A stretch of DNA of 64,000 nt from NCBI GenBank assembly GCA_030390025.1, contig CM059432.1:72356001-72420000 (forward strand), read 5' to 3'. Below the pieces are notes generated by a model, which saw only the letters and a list, made by a program, of their open reading frames with translations, was not told the origin of the DNA and did not search any database. Below, in pieces: positions 1 through 11,257 of this stretch (within the stretch, counting starts at the first letter, position 1; every line of letters starts with the position of its first letter). Origin of the DNA: Squalus acanthias (lineage: Eukaryota). The position numbers and the translations under genes are program-made.

Positions 1-1497
1 TGAAATAAAAACAGCAAAATATATTGCTTTTTATGTATTAAACAGATTGAGCTGCAAGATTAATAACAATCTGGGAAAAACAAACTGCTTAGACCCCATA
101 AGCTGGGAAAGGACCTGAACACCACTGTTCAGACGTGAAGATTATAGCTTTTTTTAATTCAAATGTCTCTAATAAATTTGTAGCAGCAAGAAAATTTAAA
201 AAGTGGAATTCCACAGTTATTTCCGCTACAATGATTACTAATAGCCATTTGAACAGTAATAGGAGACAGTAGAGTAAGGAAAATAACTTGTATCCCTTTC
301 CCCTAGAGTAGAAGATAAAAACTGGGGGATAAAGCTGCTTGTGACATAATTAGCTGGATTTTCCTCTGCTGTGTCATTGGTATTTACAAAGGTTAGCAGG
401 TCTCCCCAGGTGCCTACTAATTATACTAGTTTTATCTATGTGTACAGATGTACCATGAGAGGTGTAGCAATACAATGGTGCAGCGGTCTGGAGCACATGG
501 AACAACATGATTGAGGTTCCATCGCCCACGTGGCTAATTCCTGATCTAAGCCATGCTACCTCAGGGAGGTAGTGAGTGAAGGCCAGGTACCTCACAGAGC
601 GGGAGGAAGTAGACCGAGGGTCTCCAGCAGGTCTCAAATCTTCTGTTAGCTAGTTACCTAAAACAACTCTTGTGACCTAAAAACAAACTGTCTGACCTCC
701 TGACCACGTGTGCTTTGTGACCAAGAAGGGGCAAAGTAGGGGAGATAACTAGTGGGGGAAAAAGATGGCAACATAGCCTTAAATGAAAAAAAAACACATT
801 TAATTTCTCGATCAGAGGCCCCAATAATCGTCATGCTGATACTGACGACAGGATGATGGGGTAAAAGTTAATTCCCAGCCAAACATGAGCGCGTAGGGGC
901 CGCAAGGAACGATCACAGTGCTGAATGGATAGATCTGAGATGCACCTAATATTGGGCCTCAGGCCTCATTATCATTGAACTGCTGTGCTGCGGGCACCTA
1001 ATGGGTGTTGCCAGGCAGCTCACCGAAGATCGGCCCTCATGTAAGTACTTAATGTGGACTGGGCGAGGGGGCGATCAGGAGAGGGAGGCGACCAGAAAGG
1101 TGGCGATGAGTAGGGAGAATAGCAGTGGCTGTGATCGGGTGGGGGCGACAGCGGTAATTGGGGAGGTTTAGGTCGCAATCGGAGGCAGGGGGACAAGCGG
1201 TGGCCAGCAGCAGCCTGCTGTGTTAATGTGGGGTCGAGGGGAGCATTCCTGTTCCTCCTGGGTACACATTCAAGTGAGTATTTTTAACAAACTTACATCT
1301 TTGGTGACAGCCTGCAGTGGCCCATTTAAGGACCATCTGTTAGGCCACATGTAGACCTGTTTTTCCTGAATGCAGCCAGTGTCTGCTGCCTCAAGTCAAA
1401 CCAATATTGCAGAGGGGGCATATGCAAGCAAGGGGCCTAATGCCTGTTTCAGGCACAGGGTCTGGAAGCCTTTTTTTTGTCGGCAGAAGAAGAATGT

Positions 1498-1526
1498 CGG
1501 GGAAGAAGAAGAAGAAGAAGAAGAAG
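1498..1526 (+). repeat. (AAG)n microsatellite
   Basis: Run of gaagaagaag...; it produces the poly-Lys stretch in spurious ORF 1407..1631. Confidence 0.9.
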
Positions 1527-2199
1527 GATCATAACAGGCCGTGCGCTTCCTGCCTGCCAAATTGGAGGCTTAGTTATCCGTTTAGTGCCCGAAAAATGAT
1601 TGCAGCACCAATGCAGTTCCAAATCCATTGACAACAAATTTCTAGTCCCTTGTGCATCAAACCTAATAATCATAGAACTATATTTTTTCTGAATGTTGTC
1701 TAAATATTCTTTTCCCTGTTGAGACTCAGTCTGTCAGATATGATGAGAACTTTCAGTGAGTCCAAGTAATATCTAGGAAAGACTTTGACATTGTAGATGT
1801 TATACATGTGAATGTTTACACTACTGCAGCCTTTGGCTCTTTTTGAATTTACTCATGCAGGCACATAGGACTGACAGCAGTGTGTTGATGTCATATGCAC
1901 TAACATCTCTAAAAGCACAGACTAAAAGCACTATAGGGTCACTTTTGACTTGCACTGACTCACAGGTTTGATACTCAATGCTAAAGAGATGAGTTTCTCT
2001 AAGACTGAGACTCCAAAGTGAGGGATTTCCACTACATTCAGTCAAAGGAAAATCCATGCATGTCACTTTGCAATTAAACTCATTGGGGTAGATCTTGACT
2101 TTGTGCGATCATGTAAAAGAGGTGATAGTGAGTTGGCAGCCTAGTTTACATCTCTCCCGATTTTTATTTTCAGGAATTGACCTGTGAATACAACCTAGG

Positions 2200-2410
2200 A
2201 ACATAAGAACATAAGAATTAGGAGCAGGAGTAGGCCATGTGGCCCCTCGAGTCTGCTCCGCCATTCAATAAGATTATGGTTGATCTTCGACCTCAACTCC
2301 AATTTCCTGCCTGATCTCCATATCTCTTGATTCCTTTAGAGCCCAAAAATCTATCTCTCTCAGCCTTGAACATCCACAGCCCTTTGGGGTAGAGAATTCC
2401 AAAGATTCAC
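2200..2410 (-). mobile_element. CR1 LINE 3' end (3' UTR plus short tail repeat)
   Basis: acataagaacataagaa...ggagcaggagtaggccat...; same 3' UTR as the CR1 copies at ~21950 and ~50645 that are attached to RT coding sequence. Confidence 0.85.
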
Positions 2411-2818
2411 ATGTTTGCTTTAGTTATAGCTTCACGTCATTGGTCATGAATCTCTAGAGAGTAATGCACTGCAACACCCAGATCTTTTTCTTTCACCACT
2501 GGCCTCAATTCTGTTCCCTGTAGGGTGTATGGATATCTAGCATTAGACCTGCCCATGTGAATAACACTACACTTTTCTAAGTTAAACATAATTTGCCAAA
2601 TACAGGTCCATTCCAGCAACAGATCGACACCTGCTTGCAATAATTTAGCATCCCCTAGAGTCCGAACATTTGTACATAGCTGGGTATCGTCCGCAAACTT
2701 GCTGATTCTCCCAACACCTACATCTAGGTCATTAATGTAGATAGTAAAGAGTAAAGGTCCTCAAACCAATTCCTTTGGGACATCACTGCAGTTCCGCATC
2801 CATTGACAACAACTTTCT
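2411..2818 (-). pseudogene. Old CR1-like reverse transcriptase fragment
   Basis: Minus-strand translation gives FADDT and WQIMFNLEKCSVIHMGRSN...EKDLGV, typical of the CR1 RT C-terminal half; contains stops and frameshifts. Confidence 0.8.
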
Positions 2819-2824
2819 GCCTAT

Positions 2825-2994
2825 GGGCTGTTTTCGTGAAGCTAACAGCGGAGCGGTGCAACTCAGACAGCAACTATTGGATATTCGTGTTTAACCGCAT
2901 ATCTACTCCTTGCCTGAAGTTGCTGTACCATTTGCGCATAAACAATGGCGAGCGCCATTAGCCTCACCGTTATTTTGACAATAAAATCTGGCCC
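2825..2994. mobile_element. Short Harbinger-type MITE
   Basis: Begins GGGCTGTTTT and ends AAAATCTGGCCC, resembling the termini of other MITEs in the window; CpG-rich; TSD unclear. Confidence 0.5.
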
Positions 2995-3214
2995 ATTGAC
3001 TCTAACTACATAGCCATCTAGTGCACAGGCAGAGAAATTACCTGTACTATGCATAGAGGTGCACATGGCAACAATCATTGTGAAAGTTGTGTAGCAGTGA
3101 GTAAGACAATGTACAGTGATGTCAGTGAAGAGTTTGTTAAAAATGCAGCCTGACATCGCTTAAATCAACCTGAGAGGTAGAGCTGTGGAGATACAGCAGA
3201 AAGAAGGAAATACA

Positions 3215-4690
3215 TTGGCCTGTATTTTCTGGTGCATACGCACCTGCAAGGGCCCGGCAAGTTCTGGGTTTTCGCGTGCGAAGCGCATGCGCAAAAACCT
3301 GGAACTTGCAATCTGTCAAAAATCCTCAGGAAAAAGGCATTTGCGGGCGGAGAGTTGGGCTCTTTGCCCAACTTCTGCCCAGCAAATGTTTGTGAAATTC
3401 TTATGCCTGGTAAAAGCAGGCGTAAGGCCTACTTTTACCAGTGTAAGAGTTTAAATGAATATAAAAATAATTTTTTTTCAATTATTTAAACATTGGGCCA
3501 GAAATTTGGTTTTCCAGCTTCCTGCGGGTGCAAGCATCGCGCACGTACTTGCCTACCGCGCCTGCTGTTGTGCTTTGGGCCCACGAGGACTTTGGCTCCT
3601 GGGCCTCCTCCAGCTGCCGGCGCGCAGTGCTTGCGTATCCCAGGGGCGCAGTTAGTTCGAAGCGTCCCCTGGGATCACGTGGGCCATGGCGAGCCAATCC
3701 TAACAGGGCATTTTCATTCATAGATATGACAGGAAGACCTGTCAAATCTATGAATAGAGATCAGCCCCAAAACCACACTTAAACTTCAAATAAATTTTAA
3801 AAAAATCACATTTTTAAAATAACTATAAGTTACATAAATTAACTACTTTAAACAAAAATTTAAATTTTTGAAAAAATTAATTATACTTTTTAACGGTGCT
3901 AAAAATAAACTTACCTTTCTTTAAAGTATCTAAAAAAGATAAACCTGTTGAAAAAATGTTTAAATTGTAATTAATTAGCCACTTACCTTGTTAAAAACAG
4001 GCCTTGCGCCTCCTTTTTAAAAGTGCAGCTTTTCCATACTTACCCTCCCGGAGAAACCTGAAAAAAACCCTGAAGTTCGCTGCGTGCGCGCTGCCTCTCC
4101 CGCGCACGCGTTCGACTTCTGAACCCCTTCCTTCAGGGGAACGGAAGTTCCGGTTTCCCGCGCATGCGCAGTGCATGCAGGAAACCGGCACTTCAGGTGG
4201 CCTTACGGACGAGTACACAGCGCGTACTCACCCGACAAGAGCCGAATTTCTGTCCCATTAAATCACCTGTAAAATAAGTTAAGGTTATTTTTAGCCCCTT
4301 TAAAACATTTACATTTATTTTTCAAAAAATAAAATTTTTGTTTTAAATGTTTAATTAAATTGGATTTTAATTAATTTTAAATATGTAATTTATTTTATTT
4401 ATTTGGTATGTAAATGTGCTTTTTATGTGATCCCCATCCATGCTTATAAGCATGAATGGGGATCCCCCTTCTTTCATTGGTTGTGCCAGCCCACATGATC
4501 CCAGGGGAGCTTGCGAACCGCCTGCGCCCCTGGGATACGTGGGCCGCTACACATGTTTACGTTTAGAGGCCCAGAAGCGCGAGTCTCCATGGATCCTGAG
4601 GCTGAAGGTAGGCGTGGATTTTATTTGCTTATCTGGTACTGGGCCCCTGTGATTTAATGGGCCTGAATTTGCGGTCGGAGGCTTTTGTAA
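3215..4690. mobile_element. Outer non-autonomous Harbinger-type element (host of the 3495-4256 insertion)
   Basis: Starts GGCCTGTATTTT. Sequence reads continuously across the inner insertion (tttaaacATTaaatcacc) and is similar in reverse orientation to the inner copy. Right end uncertain. Confidence 0.6.
3495..4256. mobile_element. Harbinger-type MITE (~760 bp)
   Basis: TIRs GGGCCAGAAATTTGG and reverse complement GGGACAGAAATTCGG; 3-bp TSD ATT at 3492-3494 and 4257-4259; homologous to 16681-17400. Confidence 0.85.
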
Positions 4691-5367
4691 ATAATAAGCA
4701 CTCGCGACAGGGTACTTTAATGCTGTAGTAGAGAGACATGCAGTTAAACCTAGCAGAAATAATACAATAATTTGATGAGCACTGTAAGCCCAACCAAATT
4801 GATCTAGTTGAGTGCTGCAAATTTGTTACTTCCAACAAAGAGGTAGAAAGCAACTGGCAAAGGAAGTCACTGAACCGAACATTTTATTAGCTACCTGCAG
4901 TTTCAGAAAATTGGACAAATCTTTGAACAGAAATAGGATCAAATGTAGAATCAGAGGCTTACATTTAAGGGAGAGATCCCTGTGCAAAACAAAATTAGAT
5001 TTAGTAAAATGTCTGCAAAACAACAGAACTCGTGAGAACTCATTGGAGTCATAGAGAACAGAGACACAGTTAATGTCTATCACATGCCAAAATGAGGTTG
5101 TCTAAGAAGCTAGTGTGTGGCAGCAACAGTTGTCAGTACAGCAGTATAAGGAACTTGGGTGAGCAATGAAACACGGCACAATGAAAAAATATCCCACATC
5201 TGCTCAGCTTCACAGGAATTACTGAAAGTTTAATAATTTTGTTTTGCAATGCATGCCAAGACGAGAGGAAGGCCAATGTTCATATCATAGCAGGAATGTA
5301 TAGGGCGGGAGACCCATAGATCATCAAGTCTGTAGCCCTGTTTTTAGTGACAATCTTGACAAATGGT

Positions 5368-5520
5368 CTCAGCTTGGTTCACTGGTAGTACTCTCGTTTC
5401 TCAGTCAGAATGTTGCGGTTTGAGGCCTAGTCCAAGAGTTGCATATGTAATTTAGGCTGATACTTCAGTGTAGTACTGAAAGAGTGCCACATTGTCTTTC
5501 AGATGAGATGTTAAACCAAT
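5368..5520 (+). mobile_element. 5' fragment of tRNA-derived Deu-domain SINE
   Basis: Diverged match to the head of the full-length SINE at 54730-55192 (...gtctttcagatgagatgttaaacc). Confidence 0.7.
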
Positions 5521-5632
5521 GTTGCAAATTTGGGTCTGCCTTAAATACCTTCTTGGGTTCAGTGGTGTCAGTCACTCCCAGAAGTGGTCTGAACATTTTA
5601 CTTTTATGGCACTTAACTCCTCCTGTCCAATA

Positions 5633-5995
5633 TCTCTTCTTCTTTCTTAAGCAGTCCCTCGGAACCGAGGATGACTTGCTTCCACACTAAAAATGAGTTC
5701 TCAGGTGACTGATGAGTCCAATGCGGGACCTACAGCCTCTGTCACAGGTGGGGCAGACGGTGGTTGAAGGGGCGGGTGGGTGGGGTGCACTGTTGGGGTT
5801 GTCCATGAGGGTCCTGACGTTCCAGGTCCCGAACTTCATTTTAAAGGGTGGAAGATGGCTGTGCGTGAAATCTTTTAATGTGGGGTGGCCGTTGCACACC
5901 AGCTACCACACGGGCTTGACAGAGCAAGGTCTTGGTCCAATGGCAAGGGGATCCAAGACGATTGGAGAACAGGCTCTGCTACATCGGCCTAGCAC
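5633..5995 (-). mobile_element. Internally deleted RTE-clade LINE (non-autonomous, bipartite)
   Basis: ORF 5687..5899 joins the APE N-terminus MKFGTWNVRTLMD directly to the RTE C-terminal CCHH finger CPTCDRGCRSRIGLISHLRTH*, followed by a 3' UTR and a short (AAG)-like tail. Confidence 0.8.
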
Positions 5996-6117
5996 ACACA
6001 CACAAACATACTCCTACTGTCCTCCACCCTCCTTCCCGCAGGTCCTCTCTGCCTGGGTTTCATAGGCTGCAGTGTGGTCCTCCCGACCCCGCTGCTGGTC
6101 CACGCTGCGCCACTCCT

Positions 6118-6665
6118 GTGCCTCGACCTCGCTGCTGGGCTCGGCCTCGTCCTCGCCCCTGGGCCTCGTCCTCGCCCCTGGGTCCCGACCTCGCCCCTGG
6201 GTCCCGACCTCGCCCCTGGGCCTCGTCCTCGCCCCTGGGTCCCGACCTCACCCCTGGGTCCCGACCTCGCCCCTGGGTCCCGACCTCGCCCCTGGGCCTC
6301 GTCCTCGCCCCTGGGTCCCGACCTCGCCCCTGGGTCCCGTCCTCGCCCCTGGGCCTCGTCCTCGCCCCTGGGTCCCGACCTCGCCCCTGGGTCCCGACCT
6401 CGCCCCTGGGTCCCGACCTCGCCCCTGGGCCTCGTCCTCGCCCCTGGGTCCCGACCTCGCCCCTGGGCCTCGTCCTCGCCCCTGGGTCCCGACCTCGCCC
6501 CTGGGTCCCGACCTCGCCCCTGGGTCCCGACCTCGCCCCTGGGTCCCGACCTCGCCCCTGGGTCCCGTCCTCGCCCCTGGGTCCCGACCTCGCCCCTGGG
6601 TCCGACCTCGCCCCTGGGTCCCATCCTTGCTCCTGGGCCCCGTCCTCGCTCCTGGGTCCCAACCT
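6118..6665. repeat. GC-rich 19-bp minisatellite
   Basis: Tandem units CCTCGCCCCTGGGTCCCGA and variant CCTCGCCCCTGGGCCTCGT with no spacers; roughly 28 units. Confidence 0.95.
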
Positions 6666-6829
6666 CCTTATAGTGTGTCTCCTTCCAGTGAGTGTGACCA
6701 ACCAGCTCGCACCTAGTGACTCAAGGGTAACCTTGGTAGTAGCCTAGAAGTAATTTGTCTGCCTTGAATTAAGATTATATTAACAACTCTTCAAAGTAGC
6801 CTTTACACAGGGCATTCCACACTGCCCAT

Positions 6830-7346
6830 GAACATACACTTCAGACCTCACCCAGCTTCAAACGGTCACCTGTCCGCAGCGACTATCTGATACCCAACCC
6901 CCGACAATTAACGAATCAAGACATGAACCTGTGTCAGAAGACCACCTGTCGGCAAAGGACCACCTAAAGTCAGTCCCAAAGGGGGCTGTACGCTACAATA
7001 GACAGGTAGCGAGTACATCGTACCTGTTGGACAGGACCAGTGTCTGCGGGACCGCCTTCTCAACCTCTTGTAAATCCCCGCTACCCAGCTCCCTAAAAGT
7101 CACACCCTCCCCTTCCTGAACCTGTGCTTTCCTCTGGGGTGTGACTGTATTGTGGATAAAACTGTCTAGAAATTCCTCCCCCTTCCTTATGTGTCGGAGT
7201 GTCTCCAACTCGCACTCCAGCTCAATGACTCTGAACCGGAGAGATTTGAGATGGAGACATCTCCTGCAGACGTGTTTGCTCGGGACAGTCTCGCCGTCCA
7301 CAAACCCCCACATACAGCAGTCCAGACACACAACCTGCCCTGCCAT
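6830..7346 (-). pseudogene. CR1 ORF1 N-terminal fragment (CxxC...CxxC zinc finger plus leucine zipper, start of esterase region)
   Basis: MAGQVVCLDCCMW...HVCRRCLHLKSLRFRVIELECELETLR...LSNRYDVL matches the vertebrate CR1 ORF1p layout; truncated. Confidence 0.75.
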
Positions 7347-7885
7347 ATTTTAGACTAGCCTTATTTTATTTATTTAATTTGTTCTTTATTCTTTAAGGAA
7401 AAGTCTTTATTCAACTATAAATAATCGTCCAATATCTACTCGTATGATAGAATAACATGGGGGTGTTACAATAGCAACCCCTTGCAACTTGAACCAGATA
7501 TTTGTGTCTTTCACATGTGTGCTGCTTCAATTTCTCTGCAGGTGGATGGAGCAAGCACTTGGTGAGATGAGGCCTGATTTGAATCAATAAGCTGCTTCAT
7601 TCCACACTAAGGTGAATATACAGAGCAGCAGTTGTGATCAGACTCAATTAATTCAAACTGTGCAACATAGCTTTGCATAATGATACAAAATAAAGAATAT
7701 GTCACATTTTCCCACATCCGTGGGTCATTTTCCTTGCCTTAAGGAAGATAACTTATGACCATTCTCTTCTGCACTCCAACCTTCTTGCAGCCTTTTGTTG
7801 CCTGAGTGCCGTGCGGCATTCTGTTTCAAAAACCTCTGCTTGTGTTTCATAACTGCTGCTCTGTGTTATCTCTCACTTGCAGCCA

Positions 7886-8306
7886 AAAATGAGAAGTCGC
7901 ACAACACCAGGTTATAGTCCAACAGATTTATTTAAAATTACAAGCTTTCGGAGCTGTCGCTCCTTCTTCAGGTAGGGTAGCTGTGAGAGAATCTCCCAGA
8001 ATTCACAATATAAACACAGAAAAATGTATTCAAATCTTTCCCTACATCAAAGACACACTAAGAGCACAGCCAATTGTCTTGGCTGTGCTCTTAGTGTGTC
8101 TTTGATGTAGGGAAAGATTTGAATACATTTTTTCTGTGTTTATATTGTGAATTCTGGGAGATTCTCTCACAGCTACCCTACCTGAAGAAGGAGCGACAGC
8201 TCCGAAAGCTTGTAATTTTAAATAAATCTGTTGGACTATAACCTGGTGTTGTGCGACTTCTCATTTTTGTCCACCCCAGTCCAACGCCGGCATCTCCACA
8301 TCATGT
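7886..8306 (+). mobile_element. Penelope-like element remnant forming a ~190-bp-arm inverted repeat
   Basis: Arms 7885-8073 and 8079-8268 are near-perfect reverse complements around a 5-nt loop. A short unique tail follows to 8306. Flanked by the direct repeat TTGCAGCCA (7877-7885, 8307-8315). Confidence 0.8.
8179..8214 (+). ncRNA. Minimal type I hammerhead ribozyme motif (Penelope-type); mirror copy on minus strand at ~7939-7974
   Basis: UAC-CUGAAGA-A-GGAGC-gaca-GCUCC-GAAA-GCUU-GUA: core boxes, stem II hairpin, palindromic stem III (AGCU) and UAC/GUA stem I. Confidence 0.7.
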
Positions 8307-9761
8307 TTGCAGCCAGAAAGAGAAGGCCTGACAGAGCTCCTGCTGAGGAGACCCGGGACCAGTGACTCCTCAGAACAAATGGGTGTGAAGTGTTTAACAA
8401 TTACCAAGACAAGCTAATGAATTGCTGCTTCTTCATCGTCTATGAGGAAGTAACATCAAAGCTAGCTCATTAGCATCTTTGCTATCTTTCATTTCAAACA
8501 CCTTTTTAAAAATAATTTGTATCATAATTTGTAATTTAAAGCACAACATTTAAAGTAACTTTTTTTTATCAAATCCTTTCTGCGGAAAAATGGTCAAGGG
8601 ATCCCGAAATGTGACACCCGTTGACATGGAAGGTGCTGTATAAAGGCACGTTCTTGCTTTCTTACACCAGCCAGGTTTATGCCACTATGTATATTGATGA
8701 TTAAAGCAGAGACCATGTCAGCATTCAAGAATATGTTAGATAGTTGGCCGAAGGAAAGTGGGATAAAAGGCTATGGAATAGTGCAGGATTAGGACTACTG
8801 CTCCTGGAGAATAAACACCAACACGGATTGGTTGGGCTGAACAGCGTGTTTCTGTTTTTGTAATTTCTATGCAATCCTCTGATTCCTGCCAAAGAGTAAA
8901 ATCTAGACTGTGATGTGCACCATGGTAAACTGAAATGACCCCGATGCATAAAAGTTGAACGCAGTTGCGACTTTCACAGTCATTAGCCGTGCCGCACGTG
9001 TGGTGGAATCTGACTGGAGGTCTGCTTGCTGCATGTGGCATTATTCCATCACAGCATTGCTAGTGAATCCAAACCACGGCATGCACTGCTCCTGAGACAA
9101 GTGAAAGTATGCACACCACTGCATGCATATTCTGATGGGGGAGAGCAAAGCACCTTTGGTGCAGCTTGACCAGCCTGGCAGCTCTCTGTTGGTCCTCCTT
9201 TTATTCCTCCATGAAGCAAAGATATAGGTAATTCTGAGTGGAAAACCCATTGTGGCATTATGGCAGCAGGAGTAGATAAAAGCACCACAGCAGTGGGTAA
9301 AAAGTCTCTTCAGAGACCTCAGTGGCAACAGGAAAAGAGCACAAAAAGCTCAAGAGAAATACTTCAGCTATAGTCTGACAATGTGGCAATATTACTACAG
9401 GCCTTTTCAAACCCTGAACGTCCAGTTTGTAAAAACAGGTAAAGGAGATGGGTTAAATGGGTGGAAATGATGGAAAAATGTGTACGTTGCCATTACGTTA
9501 TTATGTACTTGTTTACATGCATCCACTCACAAACTGGCAAATGCTTCTTGGACCATATAAAGTCTAATCACAAAATTGTACAGATTGCAAATCTAACATT
9601 ACTGAAAAGTGGACATAACTAATCACAGAATTTACCCAAAAATATAAACAGAAAATGCTGAAAATACTCAGCAGGTCAGGCAGCGTCTGTGGAGAGAGAA
9701 ACAGAGTTAACGGCCCCAATATTTACAGGGAGGCAGGAGCGTTCTACCCTCCGTAAACTTG

Positions 9762-10270
9762 AGGTCATCCAATACTCTGCAGCCCGTGTCCTAACTCGCA
9801 CCAAGTCCCATTCACCCATCCACCCTGTGCTCACTGACCTGGCTCCCGGTTAAGCAACGTCTCAACTTTAAAATTCTCATCCTTGTTTTCAAATCCCTCC
9901 ATGGCCTTGTCTCTCCCTATTTCTGTAACTCACTCCAGCCCTACAACCCTCCAAGATATCTGCACTCCTCCAATTCTGGCCTCTTGAGCATCCCCAATTT
10001 TAATCGTGCCACCATTGGGGGCCATTCCTTCAACTGCCAAGGCCCTAAGCTCTGGAATTCCCTCCCTAAACCTCTCCACCTCTTTACCACCCTTTCCTCC
10101 TTTAAGACGCTCCTTAAAACCTACCTTTTTGACCAAGCTTTTGGTCATCTGCCCTAATATCTCCTTATGTGTCTCAGTGTCAGATTTTGTTTGATAACAC
10201 TCCTGTGTAGCGCTTTGGGACATTTTACTACATTAAAGGCACTATATAAATACCAGTTGATGTTATTGTT
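9762..10270 (+). mobile_element. L2 LINE 3' end
   Basis: Encodes an SAARVLTRTK..SPI.PVL..L.WLPV...FKILILVFK-like C-terminus and ends gcgctttgggacatttt...aaaggcactatataaat...gttg. Confidence 0.85.
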
Positions 10271-10424
10271 CTTGAGTGAGCGGGGGGGGTGGGGGCGCTG
10301 ATTTGTGTTTGGGAAACCCGAAAGAAGGGGTTTCCCTCAGGTCCTGCCGAATCTAATGGCTGAGTAGGCCTTCAGCACCAGGCCGCAGCCGGGGAGCAGA
10401 GAAGAGGGAAGGAGGGATTGGAAA

Positions 10425-10945
10425 GGCCGGCCTGCAGGGCAGATCGGAGGTCAGGGGGAGATCGGACGCTGGAAGGGAGGGACATCGGAGGCTGGTGGGG
10501 TGGGGGGGGGGAGATCGGAGGCTGAAAGGGGGTGAGATAGGAGGCTGGGAGAGAAAATCGGAGGCTGGGGGTAGATCGGAAAGGCAGGGGTGGGGGGTGA
10601 TCGGAAAAGTCGGGCAGGAGATCGGAAAGGCGGGGGGTGGGGGGGAGGGGTGGAGATTGGAAAGGCCGGGGGGGATCTAAAAAGCAAGGGCGGGGGAGAA
10701 TAGAAAAGTATTTGGGAGGAGATCGGAAAAGGAGGGGTGGGGGGGCAGTGGTTGGAGATTGGGAAAGCCGGGGATGGAGATTGTAAAGGACGGGGGAGAG
10801 ATCAGTGGCTGCAGCCAAAGAGCGCAGAAGAGGGAAGGATCGGAAAGATGTGGGAGGGGCAAGGGGAGATCGGAAAGGCCCAGGTCAGTGGGAGATCGTG
10901 GCTCGGGGGGGACATCGTGGCTTGTTGTGGGGGGGGCGGGGGGGT
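10425..10945. repeat. Degenerate G-rich minisatellite (GATCGGAAAGG...GGGGG)
   Basis: Repeated gagatcggaaagg/gatcggagg units separated by G runs, inside the MITE. Confidence 0.75.
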
Positions 10946-11257
10946 CGGCTAATCGCAGGAGTGGTTTACACGTAAGCTTGAGGGGACCGGGGGGAAGCAC
11001 TCATGCTCCTCCTGGCCCACAAGAAGTGATGGAAAGGCACTAACCTGCTGGATCCAGCAGTCCTTGCCTCTCTTTAGCTGCCTGGCTAAATCTAAAATGG
11101 AGAAGAAGTGTAAGGCACGCAGCCTCATTAAAATATTTCCTGGGAGTGGGTTGGTCGCCTCTGTTAAAACTGGAAGTGGGGGGGTTTGAGGTGGGTTGGG
11201 TTCGGGTTTGAGACTTTTTACATTTTACCTTCCCTCCTGACCCAAACCCAGCATAAT

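Noticed and set aside
6118..6665. CRISPR-like array
   Set aside because: Units are directly tandem with no unique spacers, there are no cas genes, and the context is eukaryotic.
5932..6747. Overlapping Pro/Gly/Arg-rich ORFs (collagen-like appearance)
   Set aside because: Artefact of the stop-free 19-bp minisatellite; no splice or gene context.
10372..11043. Pro-rich ORFs
   Set aside because: Derived from the G-rich degenerate repeat in a MITE.
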